Below are positions 1-9,271 of a stretch of DNA of 64,000 bases, piece after piece (the stretch's first letter is position 1; each line of letters opens with the position of its first letter). The stretch lies in the IMG/VR virus record IMGVR_UViG_3300048881_000780, one strand, 5' to 3'. The notes beneath the pieces were generated by a model that worked only from the letters and a program-made list of their open reading frames with translations, had not been told where the DNA came from and ran no database searches. This DNA is from a virus. Its lineage: Duplodnaviria; Caudoviricetes. Both the position numbers and the translations under genes were made by a program.

Positions 1-330
1 TCGTATGGGTGGAAATCTGTGGTTACGAAGGAGCTTTTATGTAATTACGTATTCGTAAATGCTTTGGTCTGTATTTCGTGTTTTGTGATTCGGGTTTATT
101 TCTGTCTCGTGATTCGTGATTCGTAATTACGTTGTTTTCGTGATTCGTAATTGTTCGTCTGGGCCTTTGTTATTGATGATAGGGGAGGGGGGTTACGAAT
201 ATTGACTTCGTAATTGCGCGAAAGCGATAAACAAAAAAATAATCTTGCTTAATTAAAAAATCAAATCTCTTATTTTGTAAGTTGTTAATCACTAAATATT
301 AAAAGTGTGATTACGAATTACGTTAAAAAG
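1..330. repeat. Degenerate heptad array (TCGTGAT/TCGTAAT and inverse ATTACGA) in non-coding DNA
   Basis: Tandem tcgtgat-tcgtgat-tcgtaat at 107-127 plus roughly ten further direct/inverted copies between 1 and 325. Confidence 0.7.
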
Positions 331-422
331 TCATTTTGACCTATGTTATGGCATTGCTTGTAGTTGATAGCGCCACAGACCGTAAATTGGATCTAAATTT
401 ATAAATTATCACTTCTTTTAAA

Positions 423-430
423 TACGATAA
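423..430 (+). promoter_or_regulatory. TACGATAA promoter-like motif (first of 15 oriented intergenic copies)
   Basis: 21 nt upstream of ATG 452, followed by AGGAG RBS; same word and geometry recur across the window. Confidence 0.75.
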
Positions 431-451
431 GTATATTAATAGGAGATATGT

Positions 452-754
452 ATGAAATTAGATAATTTTACTGAAAATGAAATTGTAGATAATGTAGTTA
501 AGATATGCTCAATGTACATTGATCAATTAGACTATGACTGTGACCAGGATGGATACTTTCCCAGTTGTAAAAGTATTCACGAGATTATTGAAAAATATGT
601 AGAGAAGAATTTCTCTAATATTAGCGACAATGATTATAAAGTTATCGAGACTGTTTCAGAGTATCAACTTGAACAAAATTTTTCTTGGCCTATGCCTAAA
701 GATGAGGCCCTAGTTGAGCTAATTAGAGACTCGAGAAAGAGGCTAGCAAAATAA
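452..754 (+). CDS. Hypothetical acidic protein, 100 aa
   Basis: ORF with AGGAG RBS and TACGATAA motif. Confidence 0.75.
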   Translation: MKLDNFTENEIVDNVVKICSMYIDQLDYDCDQDGYFPSCKSIHEIIEKYVEKNFSNISDNDYKVIETVSEYQLEQNFSWPMPKDEALVELIRDSRKRLAK

Positions 755-909
755 CTATTTAATTTTAATAGAATAGATAGTATAATATAACTACCTGTTA
801 TTACTTAGTTTTTCTTCATATGAAAACCTTAGGGGTATCAATTCTAGGTGATTATATAGGTGCTTTAGTCTCTATGCGTTGGGCCCTTCATATTTCTTAT
901 AATAGATAT

Positions 910-1461
910 ATGAAAACGTTATTCAAATTAGTAACTTTAATTTTATTTTTTACATTCCTGTCTCTTTCATACGTAAAGTATCAAAAAACTAAAGAGCAAT
1001 TATCTGATTACCAGAAAAGAGTGGAGTACTCAAAGTCAAAGGAAATCAACTCGTCTAACTCTAAGTCAAAAAATGATAAAGAAGAGTTAGAAAAGAGTAG
1101 GGTAGTTAAGCAAAGTACAACTTTGCCATCACTTGTTCCACCTGGCTTTAGATCAAAGAAAACTATTCCAGATGCTAATATTAGAGATTTTAAATCAGAA
1201 GAGGAGTTCTCACTTGATGCCACTGATCTAGAGGTTTTATATCCTCTAGATACGGATGATACAGATTTTACAGTGAGTTGTTACTTTCAAAATATGCATT
1301 CAGTGAAACTGGTTAGTTGTACTACCACATCCATGAATTATGGTGAATATAGAGATGACGAAAGAGAGATCTTATTTTCATACTCTCTAAATGGAGATAC
1401 CTTTGATTCAGTTATGGTTGTCACGCCTTATTCCAAAAAGGAATCTCTGGATTCTTTTTGA
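910..1461 (+). CDS. Hypothetical membrane-anchored/exported protein (start likely 910, MKTLFKL)
   Basis: N-terminal hydrophobic helix after Met at 910; ORF track start 820 looks like an extension. Confidence 0.65.
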   Translation: MKTLFKLVTLILFFTFLSLSYVKYQKTKEQLSDYQKRVEYSKSKEINSSNSKSKNDKEELEKSRVVKQSTTLPSLVPPGFRSKKTIPDANIRDFKSEEEFSLDATDLEVLYPLDTDDTDFTVSCYFQNMHSVKLVSCTTTSMNYGEYRDDEREILFSYSLNGDTFDSVMVVTPYSKKESLDSF

Positions 1462-1469
1462 TTTACTAG

Positions 1470-1676
1470 CTATGGCTTTTTCTTATTTGAGGGAAGTGTT
1501 TCTATTGATATTTGAATATTTTTATCAAGATCTTGTACGAACTCTTTAGGCGAGAGGTCCTTATATTCTTTAAGTGAATTTAAAATTGTTAGACATACAT
1601 AGTCGTCAGCATCTTCTATCGACATTTGCTTGCGGGCCTTTAAGTATAAAAAGTGTAGTGACTCAAGTGTATCCAT
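1470..1676 (-). CDS. Small helical protein, paralogue of 16779..16985
   Basis: GGAG RBS; aligns with 16779 ORF (H.LY.K.R..M...D...I.N.L.....F..DL...I..SI). Confidence 0.7.
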   Translation of the reverse strand: MDTLESLHFLYLKARKQMSIEDADDYVCLTILNSLKEYKDLSPKEFVQDLDKNIQISIETLPSNKKKP

Positions 1677-1927
1677 AAAAACTCCTTTTACTAATTGTAC
1701 TATAGAGTTCTATTTCTCTGTAATTAAGCCGTTGTAAGTATCCATTTCAATGTACTTAGTCAGTCTTCTTATGGGTGGTTCGTAGATTCCTCGATTCAGA
1801 AAGAGTGGTAAAATGTCTTTTAACTATTGGAAATTGTTAATAATTACATAAACATGTCGTACTGCGCTATATTTTGTAGTAAAATAGATATTATAGATGT
1901 TACTGTTGTACCAAGTTGAGGTTGTAA

Positions 1928-2770
1928 ATGTTGTTTCTTAAAGTCTGTTTTTTTATTATTTCTGTTAATTTAATTCTTACTGGAGCCGTTAGCGCTCTTT
2001 TTCTAATTACGCCACTTGCAGGACTAATCAAGAATAGTTACGAAATTGTAGTGCCAATACTTTTTTCATTTTTCGCTACTTCTAATATGTTTCACTTAAA
2101 TAGGGAATCTAGAGATTATAAGAAAAATTACATTGAAGGGAGCTCCAATCAATTTAACGAGAATACTAAGAATAAGAGACTTAGAGATGTTGCAAAAATT
2201 GTAAAGAGAACTGCAAATATGTATAGAATTAAAATGCCTATATTATCGTACACAAAATGCGAAGAAGTGAACGCCTGGGCGTCAAGTCAATTATTTAAAA
2301 GAGATCTACTACACTTCTCATCTGGGGCCTTAGCTGATTTACCTTTGGATAAAATCGAAGGACTTATAGCTCATGAACTATCTCATTTACGTCATGGAGA
2401 TTCATTTAAAACACTCGTTCTCGAGGGCTTTTTTTCAAATTTAAGCTTCATGATTACAATTGCCACTTTTCCAGTGTCGATTATTATGTTTGTAGTAAAC
2501 CTTCTGAGGAATCCATTCTCTAAGAATAAATACCTTGATTTAAAGGTTATTTCATTTGATCACTTATTTGTTCAATATGTATGTTCTGTACAAAGAAAGA
2601 TGGAGTTTAGAGCAGATAAGGACGCAGTCAAGAAGGTTGGTTACGATAGGGTAGTTAGCATCTTAGAATTTTTAAAGGAAAATAATAAGTCTAATTATAC
2701 TTTAACTGAACAGGATCTAAAGATATCTACTCATCCCGACCCAAATCTTAGAATTCTAAATATTTCTTAG
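1928..2770 (+). CDS. M48 (HtpX-like) membrane zinc metalloprotease
   Basis: NAWA, AHELSH (HExxH), EFRAD and STHP motifs with TM helices. Confidence 0.9.
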   Translation: MLFLKVCFFIISVNLILTGAVSALFLITPLAGLIKNSYEIVVPILFSFFATSNMFHLNRESRDYKKNYIEGSSNQFNENTKNKRLRDVAKIVKRTANMYRIKMPILSYTKCEEVNAWASSQLFKRDLLHFSSGALADLPLDKIEGLIAHELSHLRHGDSFKTLVLEGFFSNLSFMITIATFPVSIIMFVVNLLRNPFSKNKYLDLKVISFDHLFVQYVCSVQRKMEFRADKDAVKKVGYDRVVSILEFLKENNKSNYTLTEQDLKISTHPDPNLRILNIS

Positions 2771-2778
2771 TAAAAAAG

Positions 2779-2796
2779 GCCTATCGATCGATAGGC
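2779..2796. terminator. Perfect 18-bp palindrome between convergent genes, likely bidirectional terminator
   Basis: GCCTATCGATCGATAGGC flanked by A and T runs. Confidence 0.7.
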
Positions 2797-2797
2797 T

Positions 2798-3055
2798 TTA
2801 AGCTAAAACTAATACAGCGATAATTGAATGATGAAGTTTTACATCTCGTGGACACAGCTCTAGAACTTCTTTTAGTGACTCTATTAACTTTGAAGAAATC
2901 GGCATATAGATTGATAATTCCGTCGCTGATAAATGTTCTTTAAAATAGTATGAGGCATACAGAATAGGCTTCATTTCGTTAGAAGAAAATAACTCAATAT
3001 TGTTAAAAATAAACTCGGTATCAGATTTGTGTACAGTTAAATTAAATTTTTCCAT
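2798..3055 (-). CDS. Hypothetical protein, 85 aa
   Basis: ORF with AGGAG RBS. Confidence 0.65.
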   Translation of the reverse strand: MEKFNLTVHKSDTEFIFNNIELFSSNEMKPILYASYYFKEHLSATELSIYMPISSKLIESLKEVLELCPRDVKLHHSIIAVLVLA

Positions 3056-3172
3056 AAAAACTCCTTGTCTATATTATATCAAGGGTTTTAGTGGTTTTAT
3101 TATTTAACGTAGTGTGTTTTATTTTGAATTCAGTGCTCCTGTGTACGTTATAATGTATATAGGAGGTGTCTC

Positions 3173-3481
3173 TTGTCTTTAAATAACAGAAAAGCCGTTT
3201 ATCTTCAAAATTACGGTAACTTAAACACTATAAAGAGAAAAGTACCTCAATTACAAAATAGAGGACTTGATAGATTTGAAAAAGATATTGATAAATTATT
3301 AATTATGCTTTGGTATATTACGAGAGGAAACCAAGAGAAAATGAGCTTTTGGTTAACTTATCCTTTCAGATCATACTGGGGAATTTCTCCAATCGAGTTC
3401 ATCCTGATTGATCCTCAACTACATATCGCATACGTCATTAGAGATTTAAATAAGTACGTCATAAAAGGAGTCACTCTTTGA
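3173..3481 (+). CDS. Protein with Xre/MbcA/ParS C-terminal (DUF2384-like) antitoxin domain
   Basis: FWLTYPFRSYWGISPIEFI resembles WL..P....G..P.E.L; AGGAGG RBS; TATAAT upstream. Confidence 0.55.
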   Translation: MSLNNRKAVYLQNYGNLNTIKRKVPQLQNRGLDRFEKDIDKLLIMLWYITRGNQEKMSFWLTYPFRSYWGISPIEFILIDPQLHIAYVIRDLNKYVIKGVTL

Positions 3482-4164
3482 TTATTTTATTTAAATCTAA
3501 TTATAAAATCATTAAGAGGTTACCTTTAATGAGTGCTTCAATAGCGGAGCTAGAAAAAGAGGTCTCCATGTATTCGGCAAGTGTCGACTTCTTAAGAAAG
3601 AACGGTGGACCAATAGCCAATATGATTCTATCTTCAATTCCAAAATCTTTTTTCGATGAAGCCAAATCTCTTGGTCTTCATCCTAATATTAGTATTAGAG
3701 TACACAGATTAAACCCTGGTGATTATCCAGCTTATCCAGGTTGGCATTGTGATGGACATCATAGAGAAGGGTATGACTCACAACCTAACGCTTCAAATGT
3801 AACAAATGGGAAGCATATTATTTGCACTATTTCATCTTGTGAAAATGGAGTTTCGAATCCCGAATTTATTGATAGTGATGTAGAGCTTTCGATAAATAAG
3901 AGTAGCAGTGAAAATATATGGGGTCAGGTTCACAAGCAAGTTAGTGATTTAATAAATAATGACAAAATACGAACTTCAGTTTTAAAAGATGGCCAATTAA
4001 CTCAATTTGACAATTGGACTATACATAGAGCCACGTCCACTAAGAGTAGGGGTTGGCGTCTATTCTTTAGAATAAGTATGTGGAATAAAGAAGGTCTTGG
4101 TGATGGTGGGATGATTTCAAAACAAGAGCAGATCTACAAAGTTCTAGAATCTTCAGGATGGTAA
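3478..4164 (+). CDS. Phage-type 2OG-Fe(II) dioxygenase-like protein
   Basis: PGWHCDG (HxD), distal HRA and RLFFR; overlaps upstream stop by 4 nt. Confidence 0.75.
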   Translation: MIILFKSNYKIIKRLPLMSASIAELEKEVSMYSASVDFLRKNGGPIANMILSSIPKSFFDEAKSLGLHPNISIRVHRLNPGDYPAYPGWHCDGHHREGYDSQPNASNVTNGKHIICTISSCENGVSNPEFIDSDVELSINKSSSENIWGQVHKQVSDLINNDKIRTSVLKDGQLTQFDNWTIHRATSTKSRGWRLFFRISMWNKEGLGDGGMISKQEQIYKVLESSGW

Positions 4165-4215
4165 TTAACCAATACTTTCAGTACGTTAAAAGACACATTG
4201 ATTTTATCTTTACAT

Positions 4216-4236
4216 ATGTATATAATATATATACAT
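4216..4236. promoter_or_regulatory. Inverted-repeat operator overlapping TATAAT of the nucleotidyltransferase pair
   Basis: ATGTATATA-ATA-TATATACAT containing TATAAT at 4221-4226. Confidence 0.5.
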
Positions 4237-4245
4237 GGGTTAAAA

Positions 4246-4773
4246 ATGAAAGATGTAATAATTAAATTCGACAACTTTTTAACTGAGAAGAATTTTAGCT
4301 TTGACGTTATAGTAATAGGTGGTGCAGCTCTTAATATTATGGGTGTCACAAATCGTGTAACTAGGGATGTTGATTGTATCGACCCTGAATTATCAGTTAA
4401 AATAAAAGAACTCTCTTATATATTTGCAACAGAAAATTACAACTTAGGACTTGATCCAAATAATTGGTTTAATAATGGCCCTATCTCGATATTAAATGAT
4501 TTAGATAAAGGATGGGAGTCTAGAGTAGTTTTAATATTTGAAGGGAGTTCTTTGAATATATCTACTCTAGGTAGAATTGATTTACTGAAAACCAAGTTAT
4601 TTGCATATTGTGATAGAGATATTGATTATGATGATTGCGTAAAATTAAATCCAACTATTCAGGAATTAAATGAATGTCAAAAATGGGTAAAAGATCGAGA
4701 CGCAAATGATCTATGGCCCAGTCACGTTGATAACTGTTTTAAGCTTATAGCCAAGGGGTTAGGGTATGAGTAA
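4246..4773 (+). CDS. Pol-beta-superfamily nucleotidyltransferase (DUF6036-like), putative TA/Abi component
   Basis: VIGGAAL...RVTRDVDC (GG...DxD); LKTKLFA..DRDIDYDD; start likely ATG 4246. Confidence 0.8.
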   Translation: MKDVIIKFDNFLTEKNFSFDVIVIGGAALNIMGVTNRVTRDVDCIDPELSVKIKELSYIFATENYNLGLDPNNWFNNGPISILNDLDKGWESRVVLIFEGSSLNISTLGRIDLLKTKLFAYCDRDIDYDDCVKLNPTIQELNECQKWVKDRDANDLWPSHVDNCFKLIAKGLGYE

Positions 4774-5410
4774 GTTCAATCTATACGAAGATTTATCTAA
4801 AATAGGATTCAGAGTCAATGCTAATTCAAATAAGTCTGAAGATGTTGATATTGAAACAACTTTATTAAAAGCTATTGGTGAGTTTGACAATGACTCAAGA
4901 ATGATTAGCTTAGTTTTTTCTTGGTTAACCGTTCACCATAAACAACTTCTAGCAGATAAGTTATTTAGAAATTTTAAATCAATTGAAAATAAAGAGAAAT
5001 ATAGATGGTTTCCAGCGGTTTGCTCTTTTTTGGTTCACCTTAAAGATTTCAGATTTAGTAAAGGTGTATCTAAAGCTAAAAAACCTATTTACATTGGAGA
5101 TAGAAATAATTCCTTATCTATTAAACGTAAGGGTAATTATGAATTCCTAGAAGGGTTAAATTTCTTTATTCCTATTGGAAATGTTCGAATAAGAGAAAAA
5201 GATATTCTTAATTCTAAAGACTTATCCACCTTAAATTTACAATATAGAAATAGATTAATATTTGGCCCCAACTGGAGATCTGACATTATAACCAGCTTCC
5301 AACAAGGATATAAGAATGCTAACCAGATATCTGTTCATTTGGGTTTAAATAGATCAAGAGTGGGAGAGGTGTTAAAAAGCTATAAATTGATTGAAGAATA
5401 TATAGTATAA
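4766..5410 (+). CDS. Partner of the nucleotidyltransferase with C-terminal HTH-like segment
   Basis: Overlaps upstream gene; C-terminal NANQISVHLGLNRSRVGEVL. Confidence 0.6.
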   Translation: MSKFNLYEDLSKIGFRVNANSNKSEDVDIETTLLKAIGEFDNDSRMISLVFSWLTVHHKQLLADKLFRNFKSIENKEKYRWFPAVCSFLVHLKDFRFSKGVSKAKKPIYIGDRNNSLSIKRKGNYEFLEGLNFFIPIGNVRIREKDILNSKDLSTLNLQYRNRLIFGPNWRSDIITSFQQGYKNANQISVHLGLNRSRVGEVLKSYKLIEEYIV

Positions 5411-5439
5411 AACTGTCGTAGCATAAAACTACGACAGTT
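5411..5439. terminator. 11-bp stem hairpin between convergent genes
   Basis: AACTGTCGTAG-cataaaa-CTACGACAGTT. Confidence 0.7.
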
Positions 5440-5444
5440 CTAAA

Positions 5445-6458
5445 TTATTTAATTTCTCTAGGTCCTTCTACAGTGATTGAAGCTATCAGAAAACTTCCAT
5501 ACGAAGTGAGGTGTCTCGTTCCGATCGAACTAACTTCACTATTAGCGACAAATTGAAAAACGATTGTTCCAGAGTCGAGCATACTTCCTGAACCAAGTTC
5601 TTGATTAACATCAAATTCTACTCTAGTAGTTAAGACTCCATCGTGAGCCATAACTTTTAGCTCTCCTAATGGCCCAGCATTTTTTACAAACGGTACAGTA
5701 ACCGTATATGTTTCACCTGGAACAGTTGGAAACCCTTCTGAAATAGTGAAGGGAACTTGTCCTGATATTGTATATGAAACTTGCATACCGTCTATGCTAT
5801 GAAAGGCGTCACCATTTGGTCCAACCTTGCTAAATTGTCCCATACTTGAATCGAACCCTTCAGCAAAAACAGTATCGTGAACTAAATTTCTAATGTATGC
5901 AATTCTTTGAGATCTCTCAATTGAAAATGATCCAATAACACTGCTATTAACTTTTACTTCTACTTGACCGCTTTGATTTTGACCAATTAGAGCATGTTGT
6001 CCAATAACGACAAGAGGAGATGAATCTATACTCGCTTCTACATTTGAAGTATTACCATTAATTGGAAGCTTTACCCAACTTGAAATTCCATCAGCTAAGT
6101 CAAGACTTAGATCACCACCAGCTAGACTTGCACTTTGACCAGCAAAAGAAAAAGCGAATACCTTTCCATTAAACTTTTCATACATAATTAAAGATCTATT
6201 AGGAGGAGAAATAATATCTACAACGTGATCATCACCAACAATAGAGAAATTTAAATAAGTGGATAATCTACTTGAAGATAATGCCGTTTCTCCTAATTCT
6301 TCTTTTGTTCCTATTATAAAGCTACCAGAGTCAGGTAGTTGAACTTCATATACAACTGGGACTTCATAATTTGCAACAGTATTGTCTTGGTTTAAATTCG
6401 AACCAGGCTTTGAACACCCAATTAAAATCAACATTAAAAATAACGAAAGAATTTTCAT
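5445..6458 (-). CDS. Lipoprotein: shared N-terminal module plus beta-sandwich/CBM-like C-terminus
   Basis: Lipobox LIGC after start 6458 (AGGAG RBS); N-terminal ~180 aa strongly similar to 7785..9200. Confidence 0.8.
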   Translation of the reverse strand: MKILSLFLMLILIGCSKPGSNLNQDNTVANYEVPVVYEVQLPDSGSFIIGTKEELGETALSSSRLSTYLNFSIVGDDHVVDIISPPNRSLIMYEKFNGKVFAFSFAGQSASLAGGDLSLDLADGISSWVKLPINGNTSNVEASIDSSPLVVIGQHALIGQNQSGQVEVKVNSSVIGSFSIERSQRIAYIRNLVHDTVFAEGFDSSMGQFSKVGPNGDAFHSIDGMQVSYTISGQVPFTISEGFPTVPGETYTVTVPFVKNAGPLGELKVMAHDGVLTTRVEFDVNQELGSGSMLDSGTIVFQFVANSEVSSIGTRHLTSYGSFLIASITVEGPREIK

Positions 6459-6545
6459 ACATATAACTCCTATATAGTTATTTGTATTATAATTTTTTTC
6501 CAAATAATATTAACGAGACAATGTTTCCTGCCTAAGTGTATGAAT

Positions 6546-6833
6546 TTACTTATTTTTCTTTAGTGATAATAACTTCCCTCTAAGTATCTTTTTACGTTCT
6601 TCTTTGTCGTAAGTGTAGATATATACTGACAACTTAACAGGACCATAATCAACGTTATCAGTGGTTGGGTATATATGTGCAAAAATGGATTTTGCATTTT
6701 TGATATTTTTTTTGTTTATTACAGACATAATTAATTCAAATGCTTTATTTGCATCACAATCCATTTCAATTGGAAGACTAAATATGTATGTTTCATTTTG
6801 ATATGATATAGATAAATCCGTAGGTGGATTCAT
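6546..6833 (-). CDS. Hypothetical protein, 95 aa
   Basis: ORF only. Confidence 0.5.
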   Translation of the reverse strand: MNPPTDLSISYQNETYIFSLPIEMDCDANKAFELIMSVINKKNIKNAKSIFAHIYPTTDNVDYGPVKLSVYIYTYDKEERKKILRGKLLSLKKNK

Positions 6834-6909
6834 ATACCTAGTGATCTTGAAATCCTTTTTTTCTTCAGATAACTTGTTTGATAGATATTTTGAAATTCAT
6901 AATCTATTT

Positions 6910-7194
6910 TCAAAAAACACCTTCTTGATAATTTTCAAAAATTAACTCTATCTCTCCAGGGTCATTTTTTATTAGTATCGGAAACTTTAAATCTTCATCT
7001 CTTTTATTATTTAGATCTTCTGCAACGAAACCTTCAACGAGGTATAATCTATGTTGGTGTTTCTTATATTCCTCTAGTGAATTTATAATCATTTTGTGCT
7101 TAAAGACAGATTTTCTAATTACTAGTCGATTCTTAACTAAATAACCAATTAACTGATTATTTTCAGTATCAATCTCGTAGAATATTTGGGCCAT
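6910..7194 (-). CDS. Hypothetical protein, 94 aa
   Basis: ORF with AGGAG RBS. Confidence 0.65.
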   Translation of the reverse strand: MAQIFYEIDTENNQLIGYLVKNRLVIRKSVFKHKMIINSLEEYKKHQHRLYLVEGFVAEDLNNKRDEDLKFPILIKNDPGEIELIFENYQEGVF

Positions 7195-7237
7195 AGAAAC
7201 TCCTTTATTTAATTATAAATCAAAACCTAGTGGTTTC

Positions 7238-7510
7238 TTACTTTTCTAATTGCATAGTTTTTAAATGGTGGATAATATCTCTGGTTGCACCTGGCTCTTC
7301 GATGGCATACTCTTTTAAGGATAGTCCCAAAAATTCATCACTTGGCACATGAATGAATTCATTTAATTCTCTATTGCTAAGGTTAAAAGTAAGTAGAATA
7401 TTATAGATTTTAATTAGATCTCTTTTAAGATTAATGCTTCTATTTACAACTCTAGTTTCTTTGCTTGTTAGTTTATAAACTATCGATAAGTCTATCATTT
7501 CTGTACTCAC
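7238..7510 (-). CDS. Hypothetical protein, possible degenerate Xre/MbcA C-terminal-like domain
   Basis: FIHVPSDEFLGLSLKEYAI resembles the motif in 3173..3481. Confidence 0.5.
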   Translation of the reverse strand: MSTEMIDLSIVYKLTSKETRVVNRSINLKRDLIKIYNILLTFNLSNRELNEFIHVPSDEFLGLSLKEYAIEEPGATRDIIHHLKTMQLEK

Positions 7511-7569
7511 TAATTAGATTTATATCTATTATAAATTTTTACGATAATAGATATAGACAAGGAGTTACG

Positions 7570-7764
7570 ATGAACAAGAAACAAAAAGAAGAATTAATAA
7601 ATGTAATAGCAGAGGTTTATCCTGAGGCAATTCAATCGATGGCCAAAACGATTTCAATAATTACTCTTACTATTTATGAAGAAGATGATGCCATTGGGGA
7701 TTTGAATACTATTTCGAGTGAAATATTAGAGATGATCAAGAAAAAGGTTGATAAGTCCTTTTAA
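7570..7764 (+). CDS. Small helical hypothetical protein (start 7570)
   Basis: AGGAG RBS and TACGATAA at 7540-7547. Confidence 0.7.
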   Translation: MNKKQKEELINVIAEVYPEAIQSMAKTISIITLTIYEEDDAIGDLNTISSEILEMIKKKVDKSF

Positions 7765-7784
7765 TTAAATCATCTCTATTAGAA

Positions 7785-9200
7785 TTACTCAATCTCTCTG
7801 ATTGAAATATTATCGTAGAATCTATCTTGAGCAAATCCAGTAAAGTTAACACTCATTACTAAGTTGTGGCTTGTCGACTCAGCAACAAACACTCCAGATT
7901 TACCAGATGCGCTTATATAAATAAGAGGAGTTCCTGTGATACAATCCGTCTCATCTGTAATACAAGCTAAAACTCCGCCTACAGAATCAAGAACATCAAA
8001 TTCAACATAGTATGATTTATTAACTTCTAATCCAGTAATTGTTTGATGAATCCTACCATAGTTAGATGTAGCAGGATTTGATAACATTAAAACTCCAGAT
8101 GAAACAGAAGGTGTTCCCGTTCCAACTGAATTATCTTGCCATCCAACGAGGTTGTTAGAAAAATCTCCGTTGCTAACTAGGTTTGGCCCCACTAACTGCG
8201 AGCTCATATCTTTAATCGACACATTATCATAGAATAGAGTAGTTGCCCCATTAGTAGCACTTAGTGGCCCTAGTGATAATCTAATCGTACTAAGATCACC
8301 AGTATTAAATATTGCCTTATGAAAACCTCTCGCAGAATCAGCGATTCCACCGATGTATTCCATTTTTACATTCTCATAATTTATATCAGAGATAGCAACA
8401 TAGTGATCTACTACAAGAGTAGAATCAAAACTAAAAGTAATTACATAATCAGTATTTGGCTCTACTGTCATATCTTGATAAGTTCTAGCAAAGTCAGCGT
8501 TACTTACTATTGGTAGTTCAATTCTACCGTTATTAAATATGGCCATTGAAGGTCCTACAGAACTATCAATCCATCCATTTAAATCTTCTTCGAATCCACC
8601 GTTAATTACTAATTCACCAATAACCTCTTCACCTATAACAGCACTGCTCTCAGAGCGACCAACACTAAAAGAGCCGATTATATTACTATCTGCTTTAATT
8701 TCAATTTCTCCGACTTGAGAAGGGGACATAAATACATATCCACTGTTAACAACTAGGGGAGACTGATTAACACTTGCTTCTAGAACTCCATAGTTACCAC
8801 TAACTGGAATTCTTACCCAAGAAGAAATACCCATTGGAAGGTCGATATATGTTTGACCGCTCTCTAGAGATGCACTTTGACCAGCAAAAGAAAAAGCATA
8901 TACTTTACCATTTAATCTTTCATAAATTATTAGAGCTCTACTTGGTGAGTTTGATATCTCTGCAAAGTGATCATCTCCTGAAATTGAAAAATTTAAATAT
9001 GGTGATAACCTTACTGAACTAATTATATTTTCACCAAGATCTTCTTTTGATCCAATTGAAATACTTCCTGACTCAGGAATGACAACTTCATGAATTAACT
9101 TAGTTTGAACTTCATTGTAATTATCTAGTTCTTTTAAATCTGATCCAGGCTTGGAACAACCAACTAGTAATAGAATTAACAATAATGACAAAAATTTCAT
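7785..9200 (-). CDS. Lipoprotein: shared N-terminal module plus two CBM4/9-like domains
   Basis: Lipobox LVGC; two repeats starting LVINGGFE / LVSNGDFS and ending FYDNVSI / FYDNISI. Confidence 0.85.
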   Translation of the reverse strand: MKFLSLLLILLLVGCSKPGSDLKELDNYNEVQTKLIHEVVIPESGSISIGSKEDLGENIISSVRLSPYLNFSISGDDHFAEISNSPSRALIIYERLNGKVYAFSFAGQSASLESGQTYIDLPMGISSWVRIPVSGNYGVLEASVNQSPLVVNSGYVFMSPSQVGEIEIKADSNIIGSFSVGRSESSAVIGEEVIGELVINGGFEEDLNGWIDSSVGPSMAIFNNGRIELPIVSNADFARTYQDMTVEPNTDYVITFSFDSTLVVDHYVAISDINYENVKMEYIGGIADSARGFHKAIFNTGDLSTIRLSLGPLSATNGATTLFYDNVSIKDMSSQLVGPNLVSNGDFSNNLVGWQDNSVGTGTPSVSSGVLMLSNPATSNYGRIHQTITGLEVNKSYYVEFDVLDSVGGVLACITDETDCITGTPLIYISASGKSGVFVAESTSHNLVMSVNFTGFAQDRFYDNISIREIE

Positions 9201-9271
9201 AATAACTCCTATGATAGTTATAGTTATTATAGTTTTTTTATCAATAATATTAACAAGTTAGTGTTACTAGT

